From Crocinitomicaceae bacterium (lineage in GTDB: Bacteria > Bacteroidota > Bacteroidia > Flavobacteriales_D > Crocinitomicaceae), in the NCBI GenBank assembly GCA_044372485.1, contig JBILRU010000001.1:9709-73708 (forward strand): 64,000 nt of DNA. Direction: 5' to 3'. Shown in pieces: positions 21,398 through 30,865 of the stretch (position 1 is the first letter of the stretch; each line of letters starts with the position of its first letter). The notes below the pieces were generated by a model that ran no database searches, was not told where the DNA came from, and saw nothing but the letters and a program-made list of their open reading frames with translations. The translations under genes and the position numbers were made by a program.

Positions 21398-22341
21398 GAG
21401 GAGAAATGGGAGATGATTTTATCTGCCAACACATCACTCAGTTTAAAATAACTTTGAACTGTCCAACCTGCTACATGAGGACTTAACAAGACCTTTTCTG
21501 ATTGCAGTAAATAGCGAAATTCATCGGAATGTTCTTGATCGAAAAAAGACTCAAAACTCGATTTCTCATACTCTAGAACATCCAAGCACGCACCTTTTAA
21601 TTTATTCGATTTTAGTCCCTTGACGAGCGTTGTTGTATCAACAATTTTTCCCCTCGAAAGATTTAATAAAAAATGATTTTTGTGGCAATTTTCTAGAAAT
21701 TCATCGTTAAAAAAATGGATGGTCTCCTTGTTTTGGGGAATGTGAAAACTTATTACATCCGCTTGTTCTTGTATTGCTTGTAGGGTACATTCTTGAACAA
21801 AATGATCGCCAAAGCCGGTTTTATATTTATCGTAAGCCATGACTTTCACATCAAACCCACGAAGTTTTTTAGCAAAGGCCGCACCATTATTTCCATAACC
21901 AATTATACCTACCGTTTTACCATCTAACTCTTCCCCCCTGTTTCCTTCACGGTCCCAAATGCCTAAACGTATTTCTTGATTAGACTTCTCGATGTTGTTA
22001 AATAAGGAGAGTAACATTCCCAACGCATGCTCAGCAACGGCATTTCTATTTCCTTCAGGAGAATTAAAACATTGAATGTTTTGTTCCTTACAGAAGGCAG
22101 TATCAATGTTTTCTAATCCAGAACCAGATCTCGCAATAAATTGTAAATCAGGTGTTTGACTCAATATTTCGCAAGTAAGTGTAATTCTGGATCGAATCAC
22201 TAAACCCCTTGCATCTTGAATTTTTGAACGTAAATCATTCGCAGGAGTTTTTGTTAAATCAACACACTCATAGCCAAACAAGGTTAATCGTTCCTCTAAA
22301 ATAGGATGTACCGAATCGATAAAATAAACTTTGCCCTTCAT
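21394..22341 (-). CDS. D-isomer-specific 2-hydroxyacid dehydrogenase (PGDH-like)
   Basis: The NAD-binding motif is GIIGYGNNGAAFAKKL, with catalytic R/E/H spacing (LSRG ... SPHVAGWT). An alternative start lies at 22362. Confidence 0.85.
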   Translation of the reverse strand: MKGKVYFIDSVHPILEERLTLFGYECVDLTKTPANDLRSKIQDARGLVIRSRITLTCEILSQTPDLQFIARSGSGLENIDTAFCKEQNIQCFNSPEGNRNAVAEHALGMLLSLFNNIEKSNQEIRLGIWDREGNRGEELDGKTVGIIGYGNNGAAFAKKLRGFDVKVMAYDKYKTGFGDHFVQECTLQAIQEQADVISFHIPQNKETIHFFNDEFLENCHKNHFLLNLSRGKIVDTTTLVKGLKSNKLKGACLDVLEYEKSSFESFFDQEHSDEFRYLLQSEKVLLSPHVAGWTVQSYFKLSDVLADKIISHFSS

Positions 22342-22556
22342 TATGACTAGGTGTTTTTCCAAATGTAAACAATATTGTCATGTTAGTGCCATTTGAGAAA
22401 GCAATAAAGAAACTGTAATGAATAAAAAAGGATTGTTTTCAAAAAAACCCAAAAAAACGACACTCATAATTAAAACCTAACAGCACTTCTCTACTTAGTG
22501 CTATAGATTCGGGGTAAACACATATATAAAGGCTGTAAAACAGCTTAAAATGGATT

Positions 22557-24428
22557 TTATCGCCCTAAATAGATCAATAAGACGGAAATATCACTTGGGG
22601 AAACACCGGAAACACGTGAAGCTTGTCCAATTGTTATTGGTTTTATCTTCTTTAACTTTTCTTTCGCTTCTATGGATATACTTTTCATTTCGTCGTAATT
22701 CACCGAATCTGGAATAACAAGGTCTTCCAAGCGAGCTAATTTATTCGCTTGTTCTTTTTCTCTTTCGATGTACCCTTCGTATTTTAATTGTATTTCTGTT
22801 TGAACCAACACGTCTGCGTCTTTCTCACTAGCTTTAATGGCCGCATCATTTGCTTCTGGACAAACATTCAACAAGTCAGACAAACTTATGTGTGGTCGTG
22901 TCAAAACACTTGTTATCTTCATTTGCTGAGTTATTGGCGCTGAATCTTTTTCTATCAACAAAGAATTTACTTGTTCGGGTGTAATTCCAATTCTCCTTAA
23001 CTCTTTTTTAAGCCAATTCGTTTGTTGAATTTTATGATGAACTTTTTCTAAACGCTCATCATCTGCAAGGCCCAGTGTATGACCTAAAGATGTCAATCGC
23101 TCATCTGCATTATCCTGGCGCAAAAGTATCCTAAATTCCGCTCGACTAGTAAACATACGGTACGGTTCATCCGTTCCTTTGGTAATTAAGTCATCTATTA
23201 AAACTCCGATATAAGCATCGCTTCGGGAAAGGATAAAAGGATCCTTATCATGTAATTTCAAATGCGCATTAATTCCAGCCATTAATCCTTGGCACGCCGC
23301 TTCTTCATATCCGGTAGTACCGTTTATTTGTCCCGCAAAATATAGTCCTTCAATTAACTTTGTTTCTAGGGTGTGTTTTAGTTGGGTAGGGGGGAAGTAA
23401 TCGTATTCAATGGCGTATCCGGGACGAAACATTTTCACATTTTCAAATCCGGGAATTGTTTTCAAAGCAGCTAGTTGCACATCTTCTGGAAGAGAGGTGC
23501 TAAATCCATTTACATAAATCTCTACAGTGTCCCAACCTTCGGGCTCCACAAATATTTGGTGGCGATCTCTATCAGAAAAGCGATTAATTTTATCTTCAAT
23601 ACTCGGACAATAGCGGGGGCCAGTACTTTTAATGGACCCATTAAACATAGGGGATCTATCAAAGCCTGTTTTCAGCATTTCGTGAGTTTCTGTATTAGTA
23701 TAGGTTATGTAACACGGAACTTGCCTTGTTAAAGCGCCGTTGCTAGAATAACTAAATTTTGACGGATTTTCGTCGCCATCCTGAATTTCCATTTTGGAAT
23801 AGTCCAGGGACCGGCCATCAACTCTCGGTGGTGTTCCTGTCTTCATTCGTCCCGCTTCAAAACCCAACTTAATTAAGTTCTCGGTTATTCCCGTTGATGC
23901 TTTTTCTGCAGCCCTTCCTCCACCAAATTGTTTCTCTCCGAGATGAATGAGTCCATTTAAAAACGTTCCATTAGTTAATACAACAGCATCAGCAAAAATA
24001 TCAATATCAAGAGATGTTTTCACACCGGTAATTTTACCTTCCTCCACGATAACACCGACACACATGTCCTGCCAAAAATCCACATTAGGGTTTTGTTCAA
24101 GCAACAATCTCCATTCCCAAGAAAACATCATGCGGTCATTTTGCGTGCGCGGAGACCACATAGCTGGGCCTTTAGAAATATTCAGCATACGAAATTGTAT
24201 GGCGCTTTTATCACTGACAATACCAGATCCTCCGCCTAATGCGTCTATTTCTCGAACGATTTGTCCTTTAGCCACACCACCCATCGCTGGATTGCAACTC
24301 ATTTGAGCAATTGTATTCATGTTCATAGTAAGCAAAAGAACCTTGCTTCCCATTTTTGCTGCGGCGTTTGCTGCTTCACACCCAGCGTGACCTGCGCCAA
24401 CAACTATAACATCGTATTTATCTAACAT
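22557..24428 (-). CDS. mnmG: tRNA uridine-5-carboxymethylaminomethyl synthesis enzyme MnmG (GidA)
   Basis: 623 aa. [18 protein letters not shown] motif, with GidA-type motifs throughout. Confidence 0.97.
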   Translation of the reverse strand: MLDKYDVIVVGAGHAGCEAANAAAKMGSKVLLLTMNMNTIAQMSCNPAMGGVAKGQIVREIDALGGGSGIVSDKSAIQFRMLNISKGPAMWSPRTQNDRMMFSWEWRLLLEQNPNVDFWQDMCVGVIVEEGKITGVKTSLDIDIFADAVVLTNGTFLNGLIHLGEKQFGGGRAAEKASTGITENLIKLGFEAGRMKTGTPPRVDGRSLDYSKMEIQDGDENPSKFSYSSNGALTRQVPCYITYTNTETHEMLKTGFDRSPMFNGSIKSTGPRYCPSIEDKINRFSDRDRHQIFVEPEGWDTVEIYVNGFSTSLPEDVQLAALKTIPGFENVKMFRPGYAIEYDYFPPTQLKHTLETKLIEGLYFAGQINGTTGYEEAACQGLMAGINAHLKLHDKDPFILSRSDAYIGVLIDDLITKGTDEPYRMFTSRAEFRILLRQDNADERLTSLGHTLGLADDERLEKVHHKIQQTNWLKKELRRIGITPEQVNSLLIEKDSAPITQQMKITSVLTRPHISLSDLLNVCPEANDAAIKASEKDADVLVQTEIQLKYEGYIEREKEQANKLARLEDLVIPDSVNYDEMKSISIEAKEKLKKIKPITIGQASRVSGVSPSDISVLLIYLGR

Positions 24429-24432
24429 GTCG

Positions 24433-24450
24433 ATTGTTTCACGTGGAACA
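24433..24450. repeat. 18-bp repeat copy 1 (ATTGTTTCACGTGGAACA), filling the ybeY-stop/mnmG-start spacer
   Basis: Exact match to 24470-24487. It contains the near-palindrome TGTTTCACGTGGAACA. Confidence 0.9.
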
Positions 24451-24897
24451 TTACTTTATTGAACTACCCATTGTTTCACGTGGAACAAATTGGTTCAAAT
24501 AATGAGACTCTTTAAGCCGCATCATTTCAATATCTTTTTTTGATTTATCTTTAAACCCACAAAGATGAAGAAGGCCATGAAAAATTACACGATACAATTC
24601 ATCTTGAAAACCCGTGTTTTCTTTAGAGCTGTTTTCTAAAACTCTATCCAAAGAAATTAATAAGTCTCCGTTTATCTTTCCCTTCTCGCAATAATCAAAC
24701 GTAATGATATCCGTGTAATAATCATGATTTAAAAAATCTTGGTTAACCTTCAAAAGATAGTCGTCTGAACAAAACACCACTGCTATGTCTCCCGCAACAA
24801 ATCCTTCAGAAAACACAAGTGATTTTATAAACAATTTTAATTGGCGAGATTTTATAAATTTTGGCTTTACAACATCAACGCTATTGAATGATATCAT
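24451..24897 (-). CDS. ybeY: rRNA maturation RNase YbeY
   Basis: 148 aa with the zinc motif HGLLHLCGF. Confidence 0.9.
   Translation of the reverse strand: MISFNSVDVVKPKFIKSRQLKLFIKSLVFSEGFVAGDIAVVFCSDDYLLKVNQDFLNHDYYTDIITFDYCEKGKINGDLLISLDRVLENSSKENTGFQDELYRVIFHGLLHLCGFKDKSKKDIEMMRLKESHYLNQFVPRETMGSSIK
24470..24487. repeat. 18-bp repeat copy 2, inside the last codons of ybeY
   Basis: Exact match to 24433-24450. The copies are 37 bp apart centre to centre. Confidence 0.9.
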
Positions 24898-25331
24898 TTA
24901 CTAAAATAAATTATTACCTCATTGCCTGCTTCGTTGTAAGCAACCTCATCTGATAAATTTCTCATTAAGAATATCCCTCTTCCATTCTCTTTCAAAATAT
25001 TTTCTGGGGCCGTTGGATCGGGTAGGTTATCATAATCAAAACCAAGCCCTTGATCTTTTATTTTAAAACAGAACGCGTCAGATGCATCGCCAACAGCAAC
25101 ATCAATAGTTAATATGTTGCTCTGTTCATTTCCATGGCTAATTGCATTATTGACTGCTTCAGTTACAGCTATTAGCACATTTCCAAACGCATCTTCCTGA
25201 ACACCAATGGTTTGACAAACTTTTTCCACCAAATTTTCTACATCAACCAACGATTGAAAGTCGGCAGGTAAAGTTAATTCCTCAATTATATTAAATCCTT
25301 CTTTCATATCAAGTATTGCAGAAAAAGTCAT
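24894..25331 (-). CDS. RsbW/SpoIIAB-like GHKL ATPase (anti-sigma-factor-type serine kinase), orphan
   Basis: 145 aa. N-box EAVNNAISHG, G1 box DQGLGFD and G2 box GRGIFLM. ATGA overlap with ybeY and TAATG overlap with the upstream giant gene. Confidence 0.7.
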   Translation of the reverse strand: MTFSAILDMKEGFNIIEELTLPADFQSLVDVENLVEKVCQTIGVQEDAFGNVLIAVTEAVNNAISHGNEQSNILTIDVAVGDASDAFCFKIKDQGLGFDYDNLPDPTAPENILKENGRGIFLMRNLSDEVAYNEAGNEVIIYFSK

Positions 25332-28300
25332 TAGTTTAAGTTGAAATATTGGTTCGCTCTTTCCTTGTAATACAATTTCAGGGAAGGGTCAGCGCTTTTC
25401 AATAAATCTATTTCCTTTAATTTGATTTTGTTATACTCATCAAATCTAATTTTGTTACTTGAATCTTCATCTTTTCCTGATTTAGACTCTCTTTTCTCTT
25501 CATAACCTCTTTCCATCATTGCTTTTTCACTTTCCAGTAACCTTGTGAGTATTTCCTTTTGGCGGTTTATAAGATCTTTGTTGATGTTTCTATTAATGAT
25601 GTTTTTCTCTTGTTCTTCCAATTCTTTAATTAACGGATTCAACTGATTACCCAAACCCTTTCCGTCCTTATTCATCTCGTTTTTCAACTGTTCTAATCTC
25701 TGTCTAATGGCTGTTTGTTCTGCTGCCATTTTTGCTAATTCTTTATTTCCTAAACCTGGCATATTCTGTCCAGAATTACCCGGAGTCATTCCTCCTGGTT
25801 GACCCCCCGGTTTAGTTCCTGGCTTGTCACCAGGTTTGTCACCGCCCGGATTCGGTCCTTTTTGCATTTGTTCAAGCTGTTTTTTTAGCATTTCTTTCAT
25901 ATCACCCGTGGACATACTTTGTCCTGGTTTTGGACGTCCTTTTCCAGGATTGTTACAACTCCCTGAACCTGCCATTTCGCTCTGCATTTGACTCTGCATA
26001 CTTTGTAATGCTTCATTTAATAACAACGCTAAATTGTTATAGGAAGTCATTACCAGCTGTTGATGTTTGTTTAAATCTTTTTTTCTATGATCATCTATAT
26101 CTTCGATGGACAAACGATGGTTGGACTCAATCGCATTTAATTCTCTATCAATAAATGAAGCAATTTTAGGTTGGCGTTTCGCTAATGCTAAAAGACTGTC
26201 TTTCACAATTTTTGTTTCGTCAATTATTCGCTGTTGACGTCTTCCTAACTTTCGGTAAAGAGGGTCTAACGTTGTTACTTTTGAGAACTTATTTATTAAT
26301 GCCTCTTGATCAAAGCTTAAAGTCATTAAGCTTTCTAAAATATTTCGAAGAGATTTCATATCCTCTTCTTGTTCCTTTTTATTCGCTTGTTGTTGTTTGG
26401 CGTTTAATTGATTTGCCATCGATTCCATACCTTCCGAAGCTGACTTTTGTTTTTCTCCCGCCTTCTTATCTTTACCTTGTTCTAAAGATTCCTTCGCATC
26501 ATTTAAATCTTCACTCACCTGTTCTTTCAATTCATCTAAACCTTCAAGGTCCATTGGTTTTTCTAAATCTTTATTTAATTCATCTAATTTTTGGAGGTCC
26601 TTTTTCAATTCATCAAACTTCTTATTTAACTCCTCTTGTTTTTTAGCTAATTCTTCTTTTGTTAATTGATCGTTTTTTTGATCACGAAGCTCGTCTTGTT
26701 CCTTAGCTAAATCCTTTAATTCTTTCTCTATATCATCAATACGTTCGTTAAGCTGCATTTTCTTTAACATCTCAAGGCTTCGGTCCAATTGCTTTTTCAT
26801 ATCCTCACTGGATTGATTAAGTTCTTCCATTTTTTCCTTTACCTGTTCTTTATCGTTTTGTTGAAGTAATTTTTCTAAATCCTCTAATAATTTCTTCAGC
26901 TCGTCATCCATTAATTCATCTAAAAGCTTTTCAATCAATTCTTGTTTTTCGAGTAATTCTTGGTCCATTGGAGAGAGTTGATTCTTCTCTTCCATACTTT
27001 TATCCATTTCATTTTGGATTTTCTCTAATGATTCTAATAGGGTAGACTGTTCTTCTTTTAGTTGCTGAACTTTATTCAATTTATTCCAATCAGATGATTT
27101 AGCATTCATAGTCTCTTTTTTCAATTGATCTATATTCTTTTGAAATTCCTTGGTCTTTTTTAATAATTGATCTAAATCTTCCTTTGTTTTATTTTGATCT
27201 TCTTGTCTTGAGTCATTCAACTCCTCTAGTGTTGGAAGTTCATACGTAAATAACTGACTTTTAGCAGCTTTACTACCATTTACACCATCATTATCGTATA
27301 CAACAAAATAATATTCTATTTTGTCATTCAATTGAACATCCTCTCTTTTAAAGTCAACAGCAAACGTAAAATTCATTTGTGATCCAGCTACCTGTTGAAC
27401 AGGCATTCTCACTTCTTTATTTTTTCCATTCTCACGAATGATTTTATATACGAATTGTAAGGACTTCAAACCATAATCATCCGAAGTAATTCCTTTAAAA
27501 TATTTAAGTCCTTCCAAAATTGAATCAGTTTGCTCCGCAACCTCAATGGATGGAAACCCATCTTTTATGACATTCATTTTATATTGAACAGTATCATTAT
27601 GATGATTAAAACGATTCTCTAATACAAATTTCAATACTTTATCATCCTTACATAATTGTTTATATTTAAAGGATTCCTCTTTAAAAACAGACTTAAGTTG
27701 ATTCCATAAAACACTTGTTTTAATGGTGTTTTTTGTACGAATTCTCCATTCCACTTGAGTACCTTCTGGAAGTGTTAAATCCCCCACATTTTCAATAACT
27801 TCATTTTCTTTTCCAAGGTAAGATGGATAAGAACAAAAAGCTTGAATACTTCCTATCAAGGATTTACCAATGATATTTAAATGGTATTTATCACTATCAA
27901 ATTCGTTCGTAGTGAAATAAAAAGCTGCATTTTTTTTAGGTTTATTTATGCTACCAACAAACTTATTTTTTGTTTTACGAAGTAATAAAAATTTACCCTG
28001 GTCACTGACAATAAAAACTTGATTCGGTAATTCCTTTTTTCCAGTTGGAGATTCAATCGGAATAATATCTAACTCAATCGGAAAATTAGCTCCTTCTTCT
28101 ACTGTTAAATTTTTTCTTTTCAGTATAAACTGAAAGGGAGCATGCTCTTTAAAAACCTTATTATAGTATACAACATGTTCCGTTCCTTGTGTAATAATAG
28201 ATGGAATAAAAACAGCTATCCCAATAAAACAGATAAACAACGGAATTAAGTACCTCAAATACTTTTTATTCTCCTCAATTCGAATAGCATTTTTAAATGG

Positions 28301-28729
28301 AATGACGCTTAATTCTGAAGATCTTTGGTTTACGCTAGCTCTCAATAATTCAATATTTCCCTCCTGATGCATTAAATTATTTTGCAATTGCAGGGTATTT
28401 TTTAATCGATCAGAGATGGAAGGAAAAAAAGAACCAATTATTTCTGCAGCTTGAATTCTACTAATTTGTTTTCCAAAAGAAATTATTTTTGAAACTGGAA
28501 TCAAAATGAATCGAAAACACACGTAAGTATTTAATCCAATAAAACCAAAAAATAAGATTGCTCGAATAACTGAATTAAAGCGTCCAAAATATTCGAAAGT
28601 CGTCGCAAATAAAAAGGAAAATAAAAAAATTACGGAAAAGAGCAAAAGACCACGAATCATTTGATTCTTATAGTACTTTCGTATAAAAGCGTCTATTTGA
28701 ACGATAAGTGATTCTAAGCTATTTTTCAT
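25331..28729 (-). CDS. Large membrane-anchored coiled-coil protein (DUF4175-like, by recall)
   Basis: 1132 aa. Several N-terminal hydrophobic helices, a beta-rich middle region, a roughly 330-aa E/K/Q/L coiled coil, and a G/P/K-rich tract (PNPGGDKPGDKPGTKPGGQPGG). Confidence 0.6.
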   Translation of the reverse strand: MKNSLESLIVQIDAFIRKYYKNQMIRGLLLFSVIFLFSFLFATTFEYFGRFNSVIRAILFFGFIGLNTYVCFRFILIPVSKIISFGKQISRIQAAEIIGSFFPSISDRLKNTLQLQNNLMHQEGNIELLRASVNQRSSELSVIPFKNAIRIEENKKYLRYLIPLFICFIGIAVFIPSIITQGTEHVVYYNKVFKEHAPFQFILKRKNLTVEEGANFPIELDIIPIESPTGKKELPNQVFIVSDQGKFLLLRKTKNKFVGSINKPKKNAAFYFTTNEFDSDKYHLNIIGKSLIGSIQAFCSYPSYLGKENEVIENVGDLTLPEGTQVEWRIRTKNTIKTSVLWNQLKSVFKEESFKYKQLCKDDKVLKFVLENRFNHHNDTVQYKMNVIKDGFPSIEVAEQTDSILEGLKYFKGITSDDYGLKSLQFVYKIIRENGKNKEVRMPVQQVAGSQMNFTFAVDFKREDVQLNDKIEYYFVVYDNDGVNGSKAAKSQLFTYELPTLEELNDSRQEDQNKTKEDLDQLLKKTKEFQKNIDQLKKETMNAKSSDWNKLNKVQQLKEEQSTLLESLEKIQNEMDKSMEEKNQLSPMDQELLEKQELIEKLLDELMDDELKKLLEDLEKLLQQNDKEQVKEKMEELNQSSEDMKKQLDRSLEMLKKMQLNERIDDIEKELKDLAKEQDELRDQKNDQLTKEELAKKQEELNKKFDELKKDLQKLDELNKDLEKPMDLEGLDELKEQVSEDLNDAKESLEQGKDKKAGEKQKSASEGMESMANQLNAKQQQANKKEQEEDMKSLRNILESLMTLSFDQEALINKFSKVTTLDPLYRKLGRRQQRIIDETKIVKDSLLALAKRQPKIASFIDRELNAIESNHRLSIEDIDDHRKKDLNKHQQLVMTSYNNLALLLNEALQSMQSQMQSEMAGSGSCNNPGKGRPKPGQSMSTGDMKEMLKKQLEQMQKGPNPGGDKPGDKPGTKPGGQPGGMTPGNSGQNMPGLGNKELAKMAAEQTAIRQRLEQLKNEMNKDGKGLGNQLNPLIKELEEQEKNIINRNINKDLINRQKEILTRLLESEKAMMERGYEEKRESKSGKDEDSSNKIRFDEYNKIKLKEIDLLKSADPSLKLYYKERANQYFNLN

Positions 28730-29297
28730 GAGATAAAAGTATTCAAGATTTTGATACAGGACAAATTTAATATCCTCAACTTAATTATATATAGTATAAT
28801 TTTTTTAAAACTTATTTAAAGAATTTATTACTCTTATTAAGGGTGTTCATATGTGTAAAAGTTTCAATTCAAAATTTTGATTTACCCTTTTTAACAATTT
28901 ATTGTATTTAACAAACAAGTTTTACGAATGTATTTAATAGAAAATCAATACGTTATATCGTTATACACAAAACGTGACTTTTATTGATTGTTTATAATAA
29001 AAGTAATTTCTCTTACATAAATTCGTTTATAACCATGGTGATATCAAAGGGTAACTTACTCAAACTTTTAGTGTTTAATCCAAAAAAAGGTGCATATGGA
29101 ATATTCTTTCAATAAAGCAAGATAAACTTATGAGTTGTTATACACCGTTATACACAATTCAATAATGAATAACGTGTATAAGTAGCTTTATGTTTTTGAG
29201 TAAAACAAGGACTTTCCGATTATCAAATAATCTAAATAGTTAATAACTCGACCTATTTGTGAATAGTGTTTACCTTTGTAATCTAAAAGACATAGAG
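28730..29297. other. Candidate replication origin (oriC), or at minimum a DnaA-box cluster in an AT-rich gap
   Basis: DnaA-box-like 9-mers: TTATACACA at 28961-28969 and 29148-29156, TTATACACC at 29138-29146, TTATACACG (reverse) at 29173-29181, and CTATTCACA (reverse) at 29258-29266. An extremely AT-rich tract spans roughly 28780-28850. There is no credible ORF. Confidence 0.3.
29271..29278 (+). promoter_or_regulatory. -7 element TACCTTTG upstream of rpiB
   Basis: Matches TAnnTTTG 20 nt before ATG 29298. No -33 TTTG occurs at the canonical spacing. Confidence 0.35.
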
Positions 29298-29726
29298 ATG
29301 ATTATTCCAATAGGTTGCGATCACGCGGGATTTAAAACGAAAGAACTTATTGTTAAACACCTTACAATGAAAGGATTAGAGGTAAAGGATTTTGGTTGTT
29401 ATTCAGAGGAAAGCATTGATTATCCTGATTATGCGCATCCAGTTGCACATATGGTTGAAGAAAACCCAGGAATGATTGGGATTCTACTGTGTGGTTCTGG
29501 AAATGGAATTAATATGACAGCAAATAAACACAAGGGTGTTCGTAGTGCACTATGTTGGGAAATAGAAATTGCTCAGTTAGCTCGTTCGCATAATGATGCA
29601 AACATCATCACTATTCCCGCGCGTTTTGTATCTGAAGAATTAGCTTTAGAAATGGTGGATGCGTTTTTACAAACACAATTCGAAGGAGGAAGACACCAAA
29701 ATAGAATTGACAAAATTCCTTGTTAG
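29298..29726 (+). CDS. rpiB: Ribose-5-phosphate isomerase B
   Basis: MIIPIGCDHAGF and LCGSGNGINMTANK motifs. The longest ORF (29259) would overlap the promoter motif. Confidence 0.9.
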   Translation: MIIPIGCDHAGFKTKELIVKHLTMKGLEVKDFGCYSEESIDYPDYAHPVAHMVEENPGMIGILLCGSGNGINMTANKHKGVRSALCWEIEIAQLARSHNDANIITIPARFVSEELALEMVDAFLQTQFEGGRHQNRIDKIPC

Positions 29727-30850
29727 TTTTTACTTATAAGTATTTCAACCCGTCTATTTGCTTCTTTTTCCTCTTCGTTTTGAGGGTCTTTAAAAACAGG
29801 TTTGGTGTTTCCAAATCCAATGGCTTTTAATCTATTTACATCCACACCGCCACTTATTAAATAATCGACTACCTTTTGAGCGCGTTTTCTAGAAAGTTTC
29901 ATAGATACTAAATCTTTATCACTGTCTTCGTTTACATGTCCATGAACTTCAATCTTCACGGTGGGATTCAAAATTAAAAAGTCTCTCAATCTTTTGAGTT
30001 TAGGGTATGATTCCTCTAAAAACGTTGCTAAACCAGCAGCAAAATAAACATCATCCAGCTCTGCCACCATGCCTTCTTGAATAGGCTTTAACCAAATAGT
30101 GTCTGTAAAACTTAAGTTAAACGGTATAGATGTGTTTTCTAAATCCGAAGACAAAAAGCCTTCTGCATCCACTCGAATTACCCCGCTTTTAATTTTTTTT
30201 AGCAAGTTCATTTTTAAATCACTAGCACGATAAATACCATTAACTTCAGTTGAGCCTTGCAAAACGATTCTTGCTTCTATGGGTTTTCGGGTAAATTCAT
30301 CACGAATAACCAAAGAATAAACAGGCAAACCATCGTTGTAAACCAAGTTTAAAGGCCATGTTTTTGTCAAGTCAATTTCTTCAGATTCAAAAGAAAACAA
30401 ACAGTGTATATCCTGTTTGGATTTTTCGTTTGCTAAAAAAACGAGGTAGTATTGATCGTTTTCTTCTATGGGTATTTGTGTTTCCAATGCCTCTAATGAG
30501 TCGATGGATTTTTCTACCAAAATTTGAAGGTTTTGTTCTTTTAAGGAGGCGCACAAATCACCTTCTTTTTCTTTTAAAATCAAGACATTAACAGCGGAAG
30601 AATCCTGCTTAAATGATAGCTTTAAAGCTCCTTTTTCAGCACAAGTGAAGTGCAACCAAATTTGATTTTTACTAGGTGATGTCAGGTTTTGAAAAATTCC
30701 TTCGGGCTGAATTCCACCTTTTTTCCCAATGAACGACAGGGTAATTGCTCCTTTCGGATTTACATCGAGCGCATGTTCACAAGTGGAATAGTCCTTCTGT
30801 TGTGAAAAGGATAAAAATGGGATGAAGAAGAATAAAAGAATGCTTCGCAC
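29723..30850 (-). CDS. OmpA-family (peptidoglycan-associating C-terminal domain) protein
   Basis: 375 aa with a signal peptide. The C-terminal OmpA_C motif is HGHVNED...LS.KRA..V..YL...GV...RL...GFG...P...NRRVE. Confidence 0.8.
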   Translation of the reverse strand: MRSILLFFFIPFLSFSQQKDYSTCEHALDVNPKGAITLSFIGKKGGIQPEGIFQNLTSPSKNQIWLHFTCAEKGALKLSFKQDSSAVNVLILKEKEGDLCASLKEQNLQILVEKSIDSLEALETQIPIEENDQYYLVFLANEKSKQDIHCLFSFESEEIDLTKTWPLNLVYNDGLPVYSLVIRDEFTRKPIEARIVLQGSTEVNGIYRASDLKMNLLKKIKSGVIRVDAEGFLSSDLENTSIPFNLSFTDTIWLKPIQEGMVAELDDVYFAAGLATFLEESYPKLKRLRDFLILNPTVKIEVHGHVNEDSDKDLVSMKLSRKRAQKVVDYLISGGVDVNRLKAIGFGNTKPVFKDPQNEEEKEANRRVEILISKN

Positions 30851-30865
30851 TTTGGGTTTAACGCA

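Noticed and set aside
24433-24487. Possibility that the 18-bp repeats, or the 130-bp repeats at 53.5-54.1 kb, form a CRISPR array.
   Set aside because: There are only two copies in each case. Spacing and lengths do not fit a repeat-spacer architecture, and no cas genes are in the window.
25930-26646. Plus-strand ORFs of 74 and 153 aa antisense to the giant coiled-coil gene.
   Set aside because: These are shadow ORFs. The GAA/AAA-rich sense strand gives stop-poor TTC/TTT-rich antisense frames. They are Leu/Phe/Ser-rich with no start-site signals.
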